From positions 62,001 through 126,000 of IMG/VR virus record IMGVR_UViG_3300023174_000038: a stretch of DNA of 64,000 nucleotides; one strand, written 5' to 3'. Positions 47,150 through 58,022 of the stretch are shown here, in pieces (position 1 is the first letter of the stretch; every line of letters starts with the position of its first letter). A program made the position numbers and the translations under genes. The notes under the pieces were generated by a model. That model saw nothing but the letters and a program-made list of their open reading frames with translations, was not told where the DNA came from and did not search any database.

Positions 47150-50100
47150 ATGGCCGTATCACAAGCACAAATCGTTGACCTATTATACAAACAAGCGTTC
47201 GGGGTAACCAAAACCGATACTGCTACTAATAAGAGCCCTAGTAACGAAAATATTCCTAGTCCCTTGTTGTTACGTGGTGATACACTATGGACTCAAGCTA
47301 ATCAAATACCCGGCACTGCGGCAGCAACAGCTGGTATTGTTCAAGCATATACTGGTGTAAATGCTGTAGAATGTACAGCAGATAACACAACTGTACCAAT
47401 TGGTGGTATATATCCTACTTGGTTAACAAGCTTAACTTATTGGATACCTTCTGAATTTGGTTCAACATATACTGCACAAGTTTGGATTGATAATCCAGGC
47501 GCTGCCAATCCAACATTAACAGGTACTCAAATCTTTGCGGCTGGTTCAGGTGGTACAGGACAATATTATTATAACTATCAATCAGGTGTATTAAACTTTA
47601 TTGGTGAAACTATACCAGCTGGTTTAACATCTGGTAAAGTATTATACATTGTTGGATATCGCTATATAGGATTGTTAGGTGTAACAAATTTACCTAGTGG
47701 TACTAACATTGGTAATATATCAATCACTGGTAGTACCATAAGCAGTATGAGTGGTAGTAATGCAAATATTACAATAACACCAGATGGTACTGGCGTAGTA
47801 GTATTCACAAAGGATATTTCATCTACAGCTAATATTTCTGCAAATAATATGTCGTTAACCGGTAATGCTAACATTACTGGAAATATTAGTGCTAATTATA
47901 TTACTGGTAATGGTTCTGGTTTAACAGGAGTTACAGCAACTTCTGCTGATAAACTTTCTAATGGCAATTCAACTGTAAATGTATTAGCTAATGGCAATGT
48001 AACTTTTAATATTGCTAATACTGCTAATGGTAATGTACCAATATCAAACGTTTTAGTAGTTTCTTCTAATGGTATTAATGTTGCAGGAACTTTAACTGTA
48101 ACCGGTAACATTAATGGTGCAAACGTTAATGGTAATATTTCTGGTAACATTTCTGGTAATGTTACTATATCAGGACCAAATACTGGTGTAGTATTTAATG
48201 ATAGTAACCTTGCAAATTCAAGTTATGGGTTTACATTTGATAAAACAAGTAACATTGCAAACATTGCTAATACATTAAATATAGGTAACGTTTTAACAGT
48301 TAACGGAGCAATTAATGCTTTCTCTACATTAAGTTTAACTGGTAATATTTCATTAGGTAATCTATATGAAAACCAGATAACAAATCTAAGCAATAGCACT
48401 TTACAAATTAGTGGCGGCTATAACAATGCTTCAGGTATATTAAATTTATTCACTGGATCAGCAACTGATAGTGCAAAAATTATTCTGTCTGCGGCATCAA
48501 ATAGTATAGCTACCCAAGCAGATTTATTTACATTCAATAACCGTGCAAACAATCAAGTATTACTAACAATTAGTAATTCATCTACATCAGCTACTAATTT
48601 CTCAACCGGTGCATTAGTTACTAATGGTGGGATTGGAGCTAATGGTAATGTTTATGCAAATGGAACAATTAATGCAACTGGTAATATTACAGCATCAGCG
48701 TTGATATCACCTACATTAACTTCTAATAGTACTACTTTAACATTATCTGCCGCAGCCGGCGGAGATAATAATGTTATATTAGTTCCGGCTGGTGCAAATG
48801 GTGCTGTTAGTGTTTCTAGTAAGAAAATTGTAAATCTTGCAACACCTACATTAGATTACGATGCGGCAACAAAGAAATATGTTGACGATGTATCACAGGG
48901 ATTGAATATACATGATGCGGCAATGGCTGCAACAACAAACAATTTGGCTACACTAACCGGTGGTACTATTACATATAATAATGGTACAGCTGGAGTTGGT
49001 GCTAATCTAGTATTGACTGGTTCACCAACTGCAAACTTTACGTCAGCAAACGTATTTGATGGTAATGTTACACTTTCTGCAACTAATCGTTTGCTTGTTA
49101 AGAATGAAACAAATGCGGCATATAACGGTATTTACGTTGTTTCTAATGCTACAGTCTTAACACGTGCTGATGATTATAATACAGTACCGGAAATTGAAGC
49201 AGGTGATTTCGTATTTGTAACCGGTGGTACTACATATGATAATACAGGTTGGGTACAAACATCTACTGTTGTTATTGTAGGTACTGACCCAATTGAATTT
49301 ACTCAGTTCTCTGGTGCAGGTACATATACAGCTAATAACAGTGCTGGTTTAGTACTAGTAGGCTCACAATTTAATGCTAAGGTTGACGGTAATATTAATC
49401 CAACAACTGCGTTTGACAGTAACGGTAACATTTATGTTCCGGCTGGCGCGGCGTTTACTACACCAAACATTGGTGCTGCAACTGGTACATCAGTATCAGT
49501 AACAGCCGGTGTTACAGCAAATACATTAACTGCTAACTTAACTCTAAGCGTAACCGGTAATGCTAACGTTGGTAACTTGGGTACGGCTGGTTTAATTTTA
49601 GCTTCAGGTAATGTTACCGGTGGTAATTTAATAACAAGCGGTATTGTAACTGCTACCGGTAACGGTACTTTTGGTAACATTAGTACAACTGGATCAGGTG
49701 GTAATATTTCTGGTGCTAACGTAGTATCAGCTAACACATTTAGTGGTAATTTATTAGCAACAACTGCAAATATTAGTGGTAATACGATAACAAGTAACTT
49801 AACAGTTAATTTAGCATTTTCTGGTAATACAGCTAACTTTAGTGGTAATGTTACTTCAAACGGATTAACTACATCAAATACTGTAACAGTTACATCATTG
49901 AATACAGCTAACTCAATTGTATACACTGATAGTAATGGTAACTTAAAACAAAGTGCTAATTTAACATTCAGTGGTACTGAGTTAACAGTAACCGGAAGTG
50001 CAAATATTTCAGGTAATGTTTCAGTAGGTAATCTTTCAACTACAGGCAATTTATCTGTAAACGCATTCACTGCTAACAGACTAAGTATTGGTAATACGGC

Positions 50101-50425
50101 AATTACTGCTAATACAGTAACTACTTCTGCTATTACTGCTAATCAAACTATTGCAACATTCCAGTTAACTGGATCTAATGTTACTGGTATTGAGTTCTTA
50201 GTTAAAGGAGTTGATACTGTATCATTGTCAAACAAATATAGTGTTGCAACAGTATTAGCTGTTACTGATGGTACAGATGTAGATTACACAATTTATAGTA
50301 CTGTACGTATTGGTACTACTACAGGATCACTAGCAGTTAATATTGTATCCGGTAATGTTGCATTACAAGTTACTCCTTCAACTAGTGCGGCTACTGTTTG
50401 GACTACACAGATTAGGACAATTTAA
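47150..50425 (+). CDS. Fibre-like virion protein, 1091 aa
   Basis: Fibre neck motif DAATKKYVD, an RLLVKNE...NGIY domain, and the shared C-terminal domain. Confidence 0.65.
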   Translation: MAVSQAQIVDLLYKQAFGVTKTDTATNKSPSNENIPSPLLLRGDTLWTQANQIPGTAAATAGIVQAYTGVNAVECTADNTTVPIGGIYPTWLTSLTYWIPSEFGSTYTAQVWIDNPGAANPTLTGTQIFAAGSGGTGQYYYNYQSGVLNFIGETIPAGLTSGKVLYIVGYRYIGLLGVTNLPSGTNIGNISITGSTISSMSGSNANITITPDGTGVVVFTKDISSTANISANNMSLTGNANITGNISANYITGNGSGLTGVTATSADKLSNGNSTVNVLANGNVTFNIANTANGNVPISNVLVVSSNGINVAGTLTVTGNINGANVNGNISGNISGNVTISGPNTGVVFNDSNLANSSYGFTFDKTSNIANIANTLNIGNVLTVNGAINAFSTLSLTGNISLGNLYENQITNLSNSTLQISGGYNNASGILNLFTGSATDSAKIILSAASNSIATQADLFTFNNRANNQVLLTISNSSTSATNFSTGALVTNGGIGANGNVYANGTINATGNITASALISPTLTSNSTTLTLSAAAGGDNNVILVPAGANGAVSVSSKKIVNLATPTLDYDAATKKYVDDVSQGLNIHDAAMAATTNNLATLTGGTITYNNGTAGVGANLVLTGSPTANFTSANVFDGNVTLSATNRLLVKNETNAAYNGIYVVSNATVLTRADDYNTVPEIEAGDFVFVTGGTTYDNTGWVQTSTVVIVGTDPIEFTQFSGAGTYTANNSAGLVLVGSQFNAKVDGNINPTTAFDSNGNIYVPAGAAFTTPNIGAATGTSVSVTAGVTANTLTANLTLSVTGNANVGNLGTAGLILASGNVTGGNLITSGIVTATGNGTFGNISTTGSGGNISGANVVSANTFSGNLLATTANISGNTITSNLTVNLAFSGNTANFSGNVTSNGLTTSNTVTVTSLNTANSIVYTDSNGNLKQSANLTFSGTELTVTGSANISGNVSVGNLSTTGNLSVNAFTANRLSIGNTAITANTVTTSAITANQTIATFQLTGSNVTGIEFLVKGVDTVSLSNKYSVATVLAVTDGTDVDYTIYSTVRIGTTTGSLAVNIVSGNVALQVTPSTSAATVWTTQIRTI

Positions 50426-50444
50426 GTATTGCTGAATACATTAT

Positions 50445-52433
50445 ATGGCAACAATAAAATGGTTTAACTCTATAAACGGATTCTCGGTGGGCGACAATCT
50501 CACTGAGGTTATAGATACCTCGGGCAACGTTTATACATCTAAGATTACTTCATACATAGATGTTGATATTGTAACTGATAATGGTAATAAAGTTTGGACA
50601 TTTGATAGTACCGGAAATATTGTATTTCCGGATACCACTACTCAAACTACAGCTTATCCAGGAACTAGTACATCATTAAGTCTTACTGGAAATATTTCAG
50701 CTGGTAATGCTAATTTAGGCAACTTAACAACAAGTAATTTTTTCCATGGTGTATTTGATTCTACAAGCTCTAGTCAACCAAATATTACTAGTGTAGGAAA
50801 CTTAAGTAGTTTAACTGTAGGTAATGCTACAGCTAATGTCATTATACTTGACGGTAATATTAATGCTACTGGTGCTATCAACGCAAATAACTTTAATGGT
50901 AATTTTACTGGTAACTTCAGCGGTAATGTTGATATTAGTGGCAACATCAAAATTGGCGGATCCAATACACAAGTATTATTCAATAGTAACGGTGATGTTC
51001 AAGGTAGTAATGCATTTATATTTGATTATGCATCAAACATATTAACCTTAACAGGTAACTTATTAACTACTAATGCTAATTTAGGTAATGCCGCCCGTGC
51101 TAATTTCTTTATCGGTGCTGGTAATAACTTAAGCAATATAGCAGGTGCTAATGTATCTGGTCAAGTGGCTAATGCATTGATATCGGGTACGGTATATACA
51201 AACGCACAACCCAATATCACTAGTGTTGGAACATTAACTAGTCTAGCAGTAACAGCCAATATAACAGCAGGTAATGTTTTAACTAATAGTTTATTATATG
51301 CAAACGGTAGTCCATGGGATTTAGGTGGCACACCAGCTGGTAGTAACACACAGATTCAATTTAATAATGATAATGAGTTTGGTGCAAGTGCAAATCTTAC
51401 TTTTGATTCTAATACAAGCACATTAACAACAACTAATATAAGTGCCGCAAATGGTATAATTTCTGGTAACAGTATTAATGGTAAAAATGCATTACAAGTA
51501 GGTGTTACTGGGTTTACATCTGTTCCAAATACAATAGTACAAATTACTAGTAATTTAAATAGTGCAACACAAATTAATTTTCAAAATATCAATACAGGAG
51601 CAACATCTAGTACTGATATAGTAGTGACCTCAGACAATGGCAACAGCACTAATAACTATATTAATATGGGTATTACTGGTAGTTCATGGGATGGTACTCA
51701 AACAAACTCATTGGGTAATGTGTTAACACCTGATGATGGATATTTATATGTACGAGGTGGCAACTTAGTTTTAGGAACTAGTAGAAATACTACCGCAGTA
51801 AAATTTGTAGTGGGCGGCCCAGGTACAGGTAATTTAGTAGCTACAATTAATAAGACCAATGTTGATGTAACCGGTGATGTAATTGCTAGCGGTAATGCTA
51901 ATATTACTGGAAATATATCTTCAAATGCGGGTTTATTAACATTAAGTACAGGTACAGTAGCTGTTAGTAGCGGTGATGCTGGTATTTTTACTACAGCAAT
52001 AAACAACATTAACTTTGGATTAGTTGCTAATGTTACGATAGGAAGTACTACGGGAAATGTGACTGCCCGAGGTAATTTGCTTGTTCCAAACACAGCAGTT
52101 ATTACAAACTTAAAAGTCAGCGATGTTTATAGTAATAGAACTCCAATTTCTGTTACATCAAACACCGTAATTGACAGCTTTCCGGTTATTAAATACAGGT
52201 CAGCTAAATACACAATGAGAGTCAACAGTGATGACGGATACCAAGCTGTTGAAGTATTATTGATACATGATAATGCTAATAGTTATGTAACCATATATGG
52301 TAGTTTGTCTACTGTAGGGTTTGATATTATAGCATTATCAACAGATATACTTTCCGGAAATGTTAGGATGTTAGCCACAACTGGCTCAGCCAACACAACG
52401 GTGAATTTATTGGGCGTTTACGTAGCAGATTAA
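50445..52433 (+). CDS. Fibre-like virion protein, 662 aa
   Basis: FNSINGFSVG N-terminus, NAQPNITSVG modules, C-terminal YRSAKY...EVLLIHD domain. Confidence 0.65.
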   Translation: MATIKWFNSINGFSVGDNLTEVIDTSGNVYTSKITSYIDVDIVTDNGNKVWTFDSTGNIVFPDTTTQTTAYPGTSTSLSLTGNISAGNANLGNLTTSNFFHGVFDSTSSSQPNITSVGNLSSLTVGNATANVIILDGNINATGAINANNFNGNFTGNFSGNVDISGNIKIGGSNTQVLFNSNGDVQGSNAFIFDYASNILTLTGNLLTTNANLGNAARANFFIGAGNNLSNIAGANVSGQVANALISGTVYTNAQPNITSVGTLTSLAVTANITAGNVLTNSLLYANGSPWDLGGTPAGSNTQIQFNNDNEFGASANLTFDSNTSTLTTTNISAANGIISGNSINGKNALQVGVTGFTSVPNTIVQITSNLNSATQINFQNINTGATSSTDIVVTSDNGNSTNNYINMGITGSSWDGTQTNSLGNVLTPDDGYLYVRGGNLVLGTSRNTTAVKFVVGGPGTGNLVATINKTNVDVTGDVIASGNANITGNISSNAGLLTLSTGTVAVSSGDAGIFTTAINNINFGLVANVTIGSTTGNVTARGNLLVPNTAVITNLKVSDVYSNRTPISVTSNTVIDSFPVIKYRSAKYTMRVNSDDGYQAVEVLLIHDNANSYVTIYGSLSTVGFDIIALSTDILSGNVRMLATTGSANTTVNLLGVYVAD

Positions 52434-52444
52434 AAGGAATAAAA

Positions 52445-55400
52445 ATGACTACAAAATATTTTAATGTAAAACAAGGTATAACAACAGGTAATATATTACT
52501 AGATGGAATATCCGGCAATATTACAGCAAACAATGCTAACTTGGGTAACGTTGTTTCTGCTAATTTCTTCATAGGCGCTGGTAATAACTTAAGCAATATT
52601 CAAGGTGCTAATGTCTCTGGACAAGTAGGCAATGCATTAGTTGCTAGCACAGTATATACAAATGCACAACCTAATATTACTAGTGTTGGTACACTCACAA
52701 GTTTAGATGTAACTGCTAATATATCCGGTGGTAATATAAACACTACAGGTATTGCTAACGTAGGAACACTAGTAGTTACTGGTACAAGCAATTTAGGTAA
52801 TGTTGGTAATGTTACAATTACTGGTGGTACTAACGGATATTATCTACAAACAAATGGCTCAGGAAATCTTTCATGGGCTGCTATCTCTGCCGGAAGTTCT
52901 ATTGTAAATGGAACAAGTAATGTTGCTATCCCAACTACAAATGGTAATGTTAACCTCACTGCAGGTGGTAACACCTCATTAGTAGTTACTGCTACTGGTG
53001 CAAATGTTGTTGGTACTTTTGATGTTACGGGTAATGCTAATGTTGGTAATTTAGGTACAGGTGGGTTGATTACTGCTACAGGTAACGTTACTGGTGGTAA
53101 CTTAGTAACAGCTGGTAATGTATTTGCCCCAGCAATCGTACAAAACGCTAGTACATATGATACAAGAATTTCACTAGGCAGTAGTACAGGTGTAATTGCA
53201 GTTACCTCAGCTGGTAATTCAACACAATTTGGACCAAGTGGTACAGTAACATTGGGTGGCGCATCACAAATTGTAGGCGGTACATTTTCTGGTTCTGGTA
53301 TTACATTAGGTACTGCTCAAACAGATATATTTCAAAATCGTGGAGGTAACGTAACTGTACAACTTGGTACAAGTGGTACAATTGCTAACACATGGACATT
53401 TGCGCAGGATGGTTCATTGTCAACACCTGGATTAGTTAATGCGGCCGGTAACATTAATGGTGCAAACTTAACTACCGGTGGTGTATTAAGTGTAACAGGT
53501 AATGCTAACATTGGTAATATAGGAACAGCAGGTATACTTAGTGTATCAGGTAATGCTAATGTTGGTAACTTAGGAACAACAAATTTAATTGCTACAGGTA
53601 CTGGTTCATTTAGTGGCAATGTAAATATGAACAATTATTGGATAAACAATGTTGGTTATCCAAATCTAGCAACTGATGCAGCTACTAAATCATATGTTGA
53701 TACAATGGTATCAAGTGGTATTAGTTATCACCAACCAGTATTAGCCGCAACTACAACTACATTGGCTACTGCTACTGGTGGTACAGTTTCTTATAATAAC
53801 GGTGCAAGTGGTGTGGGTGCTAATTTAGTTACTACTGGTAGCTTTACATTAATTGATGGTGCAAACGTTCAAACAGTTGGTACACGTATTTTGGTTAAGG
53901 ATGAGGCTAATGCAGCTTGGAACGGTATATATGAATATACTAGCGCAACTGTTATTACAAGAACAGTAGATGCTGACCAATATGGTCCAGATAGCACAGA
54001 GCAATTAAGTATTAATGACTTCTTCTTTACCACTGGTGGTAATGTAAATGAGGGTATTGGATTTATTGTTTCTGCTCCTGCAGGTACTATCACATTTGGT
54101 ACTAGTAATATTACATTCAGTATCTTTTCTACATCGCAAATTTATAATGCAGGTACTGGATTAACCTTATCTAACACTACATTTAGTATCAGTAATACTT
54201 CTGTAACTGCTGGTAGTTATGGCAGTGGTGATGCAGTAGCAACATTTACAGTTAATGGTCAAGGTCAATTAACAGCCGCAAGTAATACAGCAATAACAGC
54301 AAATGCCGCTAACTTAACTGGTACAACATTAAATTCAACTATTGTAACATCTAGTTTAACTACTGTTGGTACATTGGGTAGCTTAAGTGTTACAGGTAAT
54401 ATATCTGGTGGTAATATAAGCACTACAGGTTCTACACAGGTAGGATCATTAACAGTATCAGGTGTAAGTAATTTAGGTAATGTTGGTAATGTTACTATAA
54501 CTGGTGGTACTAACGGTTATTATTTACAAACAAATGGCTCAGGAAACCTCTCATGGGCAGCTATCTCTGCCGGAAGTTCTATTGTAAATGGAACAAGTAA
54601 TGTTGCTATCCCAACTACAAACGGTAACGTTAATCTTACAGCAGGTGGTAATACATCATTAGTCGTTACAGCTACTGGCGGAAATGTTGTTGGTAATTTT
54701 GATGTAACTGGTAATTTGACTGCAGGTAATATTACAACTGCTGGATCAAGTGGCAATATTAGTGGTGCTAATAACATCACTGCTAACACATTTACTGGTT
54801 CATTAACTACAGCGGCACAGGGTAATATTACCTCAGTTGGTAGTTTAACTGGTTTAACCGTAAGTAATGCATCTGGCGTTGTAAACTTTACAACTACTGC
54901 TAATGTTACATTAGGTGCAGTTGGTAATTTACATATTAGTGGTGGTTCTGCAAATTATGTACTAAGCACAGATGGTTCGGGTAACCTCAGCTGGGTTGGT
55001 GTTAGTACATCAAGTATATCTAATGGTAATAGTAATGTAAATATCCCGGCAGCTAATGGTAATGTTAATATTACTGCTGTTGGTAATACAACAATGGTAA
55101 TTACTGGTACAGGTGCTAATATAGCCGGTACATTAGATGTTACTGGTAATGCTAATACAGGTAATTTAGGTACAGGATTCATATTTGCGTCAGGTAATAT
55201 TACTACAACTACACTTACTTCTAACATAGCAACCGGTACTGCACCGTTTATAGTAACAAGTACTACGCAAGTTGCTAACTTGAATGTTGCAACTGCTGGT
55301 ACAGCAGGCACAGCTGGTACAGTAACAACTAATGCTCAACCAAATATCACTAGTGTTGGAACATTAACTAGCTTAGATGTTACTGGTAATATTTCTGGTG

Positions 55401-55873
55401 GAAATATAAGCACTGGTGGTACAGCTAATGTAACCGGTAACTTAGTTGCTGGCAATATAACAACAGCTGGTACTGCTAATGTAGGTACACTAATAGTAAC
55501 AGGTGCAACTAACTTTGGTAATTTAACTGCTAACTATGTTGCTCTTAATGGTGGTTTAACAAGTAATCGTTCAAATGTAACAGTAACTACTAACACCGTT
55601 GTTGACCAATTCCCCCCAAGTACATTCAGAACAGCAAAATATATTATTAGTGCATCAGGCGATGACGGATATCAATCAGTAGAAACATTGTTGATACATG
55701 ATGGTACTACATCTTATATTACGATATACGGTAGTATTTGCAGTAATGCAACTGCAGATATTATTGAACTATCAAGTAATATCAATGGAGTATCAGGTAA
55801 TGTAGCATTGTATGCCACAGGAACTAGTGCAAACTTAAAAGTCAATATGGTTAGCACCTATATTAAAACCTAA
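52445..55873 (+). CDS. Fibre-like virion protein, 1142 aa
   Basis: Near-identical ~240-nt internal duplication (~52790 and ~54470), DAATKSYVD neck, C-terminal FRTAKY...ETLLIHD domain. Confidence 0.65.
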   Translation: MTTKYFNVKQGITTGNILLDGISGNITANNANLGNVVSANFFIGAGNNLSNIQGANVSGQVGNALVASTVYTNAQPNITSVGTLTSLDVTANISGGNINTTGIANVGTLVVTGTSNLGNVGNVTITGGTNGYYLQTNGSGNLSWAAISAGSSIVNGTSNVAIPTTNGNVNLTAGGNTSLVVTATGANVVGTFDVTGNANVGNLGTGGLITATGNVTGGNLVTAGNVFAPAIVQNASTYDTRISLGSSTGVIAVTSAGNSTQFGPSGTVTLGGASQIVGGTFSGSGITLGTAQTDIFQNRGGNVTVQLGTSGTIANTWTFAQDGSLSTPGLVNAAGNINGANLTTGGVLSVTGNANIGNIGTAGILSVSGNANVGNLGTTNLIATGTGSFSGNVNMNNYWINNVGYPNLATDAATKSYVDTMVSSGISYHQPVLAATTTTLATATGGTVSYNNGASGVGANLVTTGSFTLIDGANVQTVGTRILVKDEANAAWNGIYEYTSATVITRTVDADQYGPDSTEQLSINDFFFTTGGNVNEGIGFIVSAPAGTITFGTSNITFSIFSTSQIYNAGTGLTLSNTTFSISNTSVTAGSYGSGDAVATFTVNGQGQLTAASNTAITANAANLTGTTLNSTIVTSSLTTVGTLGSLSVTGNISGGNISTTGSTQVGSLTVSGVSNLGNVGNVTITGGTNGYYLQTNGSGNLSWAAISAGSSIVNGTSNVAIPTTNGNVNLTAGGNTSLVVTATGGNVVGNFDVTGNLTAGNITTAGSSGNISGANNITANTFTGSLTTAAQGNITSVGSLTGLTVSNASGVVNFTTTANVTLGAVGNLHISGGSANYVLSTDGSGNLSWVGVSTSSISNGNSNVNIPAANGNVNITAVGNTTMVITGTGANIAGTLDVTGNANTGNLGTGFIFASGNITTTTLTSNIATGTAPFIVTSTTQVANLNVATAGTAGTAGTVTTNAQPNITSVGTLTSLDVTGNISGGNISTGGTANVTGNLVAGNITTAGTANVGTLIVTGATNFGNLTANYVALNGGLTSNRSNVTVTTNTVVDQFPPSTFRTAKYIISASGDDGYQSVETLLIHDGTTSYITIYGSICSNATADIIELSSNINGVSGNVALYATGTSANLKVNMVSTYIKT

Positions 55874-55938
55874 TCAAATTTGTTCCCCTTAATTGGGGGA
55901 TAAATATAATATAATTCGTAAACAGGGAATATGGAACT

Positions 55939-56991
55939 GTGTCATTTAAATATTTTAACGTAAAGAACGGCCTCACGACCGGCAATATCTCATTGCATTC
56001 GGCCAACTCAAATGTTCAGGCCAATTACTTTCTTGGAAATATTAATGTCACAAGTTCAGCAAATCTAGGTGCAGTTGGTAATGTAAAAATTACCGGCGGT
56101 GCTAGTGGGTATATATTAAGTACAGATGGCACAGGCAATTTAGGTTGGACTGCTCAGGGTAGCTCTAATATAGTACTTGATTCATTCACTGGAAACGGTG
56201 TACAGACTAATTTTACATTAACTTCTACACCAACATCAGAAGATTATACCATTATTAATATTGATGGTGTAAGTCAATTACATTCGGCATATACAGTATC
56301 TGGTGCAAATGTCATATTAAGTAGCGCACCTGCAAATGGTGCCGCTATTGAAGTAATGACCTTCAATTTATCCGGAGGCGGCGGCGGTAGTAGCGGAAGC
56401 AATATAGCTAATGGAACTAGTAATGTTTCTATAGCAACAAGTGGTGGAAATGTAACTACCAGTGTTGCAGGAAATGCAAATGTTATTGTTGCAACAGGCA
56501 CAGGTGTTAATGTAGCTGGATACCTGACTGCAACAGGTAATATTACAAGTGGAAATGCTAATTTAGGTAATAGTGCAGTAGCTAATTACTTTACTGGTAC
56601 CCTAACAACTAATGCACAACCAAATATTACTAGTTTAGGTACAATAGCTAATTTAACTGCAACAAATATTAATTTAACAAGTTTTAAAGAAACCGTAGTA
56701 GCTGGTGGCAATACAAGCACAAGCATTAGCCCTAACGTAGCAACCGGCACAATATTCACATATACTGCTAATAGTAACTTTACTTTTAGTACGTTAACTA
56801 ATGCAGTTGCAGGCAGTAGTGCTACTATAATTATTACACAAGCAAGTCCTGGTTCGTTTGTATTAACCTCAACTATGAAATTTGCAGGAGCAAGTAAAAC
56901 GCTAAGTACAGCAGCCGCATCAATTGATATTATTTCAGTTTTTTATGATGGTACTACTTATTACGCAACATTGAGCAAAGGGTATGCATAA
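55939..56991 (+). CDS. Short fibre/adaptor protein, 350 aa (GTG start)
   Basis: YFNVKNGLTTGNI N-terminus, FTGNGVQTNFTL module, C-terminal ...SIDIISVFYDGTTYY domain. Confidence 0.6.
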   Translation: MSFKYFNVKNGLTTGNISLHSANSNVQANYFLGNINVTSSANLGAVGNVKITGGASGYILSTDGTGNLGWTAQGSSNIVLDSFTGNGVQTNFTLTSTPTSEDYTIINIDGVSQLHSAYTVSGANVILSSAPANGAAIEVMTFNLSGGGGGSSGSNIANGTSNVSIATSGGNVTTSVAGNANVIVATGTGVNVAGYLTATGNITSGNANLGNSAVANYFTGTLTTNAQPNITSLGTIANLTATNINLTSFKETVVAGGNTSTSISPNVATGTIFTYTANSNFTFSTLTNAVAGSSATIIITQASPGSFVLTSTMKFAGASKTLSTAAASIDIISVFYDGTTYYATLSKGYA

Positions 56992-57977
56992 TGTTTAGTG
57001 CCATTGGTGGTTTTAGATATTTAGAATCTATTCCTGCACCAACCCCAACTGATGCTACTGCAGGATGGTTTGGTGGTGGTTACGGAGGAGCAACGCCTGG
57101 CGGCAAATCAATAGTATCTCGTATTACATATGCAACAGACACCGCAACTGGCTCTACTAGAGGGCCTTTAGCAGTATCTAGAGGTGGACTTTCTGGTGTG
57201 GGCAATAATGGTAATCTTACATATGGCTGGTACGGTGGTGGATTTCCATATACATGTACAATAGATAGAATTACTTACGCAAATGACACACCTGCTGCGG
57301 TTACTCGTGGTCCACTAACATCTGCTAGAGCATACGGTGCCGGTACTGGAACTAGTTCATTTGGGTGGTGGGGCGGTGGACAAATAAGTCCAGGTGGTGT
57401 TATTTCTGCAATAAGTCGTTTAATATTTGCAACAGATACAGTAGCCACTACTAACCGAGGTGGTTTAGCTCAATTTACTTGGTATCTAAGTGCAGTAACT
57501 GATAAAACTACATATGGTTGGTTTGGCGGCGGATTAACACCAGGGTTATCACCAAATTTATATTCTAATATTACTCGTTTGGTATATGCAACTGATACAG
57601 CTTTAACAACTGTTCGTAGTAATTTATCAGGAAATAGATATTTAGAAGGGTCAACTAGTAATTCAACATATGGATGGTGGGGAGGTGGTTTTGTTGCACC
57701 GGCTCCAGGTGCGGCTACCAAATCATCAGCAGTAAGAAGATTAACATTTGCATCAGATACTAGTACCACTGGTAGAGGACCATTAGTAACAGCAAGATCA
57801 AATTTAGCGGCTACTGGCAATGATAATTATGGTTATTTTGGTGGAGGTACTTCTGCTACTGCTACTGTATCTACCGTAGAACGAATAGAATATGCAACTG
57901 ATACTGCAACAGCAGTAACTAAAGGACCATTAAGTTATACAAATGAAGGTTTAGGCGCCAATACAGGTGTACAATAA
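56991..57977 (+). CDS. Six-repeat beta-propeller (Kelch-like) protein, 328 aa
   Basis: Six ~50-aa repeats of GW(F/W/Y)GGG...RxxYATDT...RGPL; TAATG coupling to the upstream gene. Confidence 0.7.
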   Translation: MFSAIGGFRYLESIPAPTPTDATAGWFGGGYGGATPGGKSIVSRITYATDTATGSTRGPLAVSRGGLSGVGNNGNLTYGWYGGGFPYTCTIDRITYANDTPAAVTRGPLTSARAYGAGTGTSSFGWWGGGQISPGGVISAISRLIFATDTVATTNRGGLAQFTWYLSAVTDKTTYGWFGGGLTPGLSPNLYSNITRLVYATDTALTTVRSNLSGNRYLEGSTSNSTYGWWGGGFVAPAPGAATKSSAVRRLTFASDTSTTGRGPLVTARSNLAATGNDNYGYFGGGTSATATVSTVERIEYATDTATAVTKGPLSYTNEGLGANTGVQ

Positions 57978-58022
57978 TCATATCAAAATAAAAACTAAAT
58001 ACTATAATAAGGACAAGACGTA

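Noticed and set aside
43725-54710. Pairs of near-identical repeats (43725/44715; 52790/54470) as possible DGR template/variable repeats
   Set aside because: Mismatches are mostly synonymous and not adenine-specific, both copies are in-frame coding, and no reverse transcriptase is in the window.
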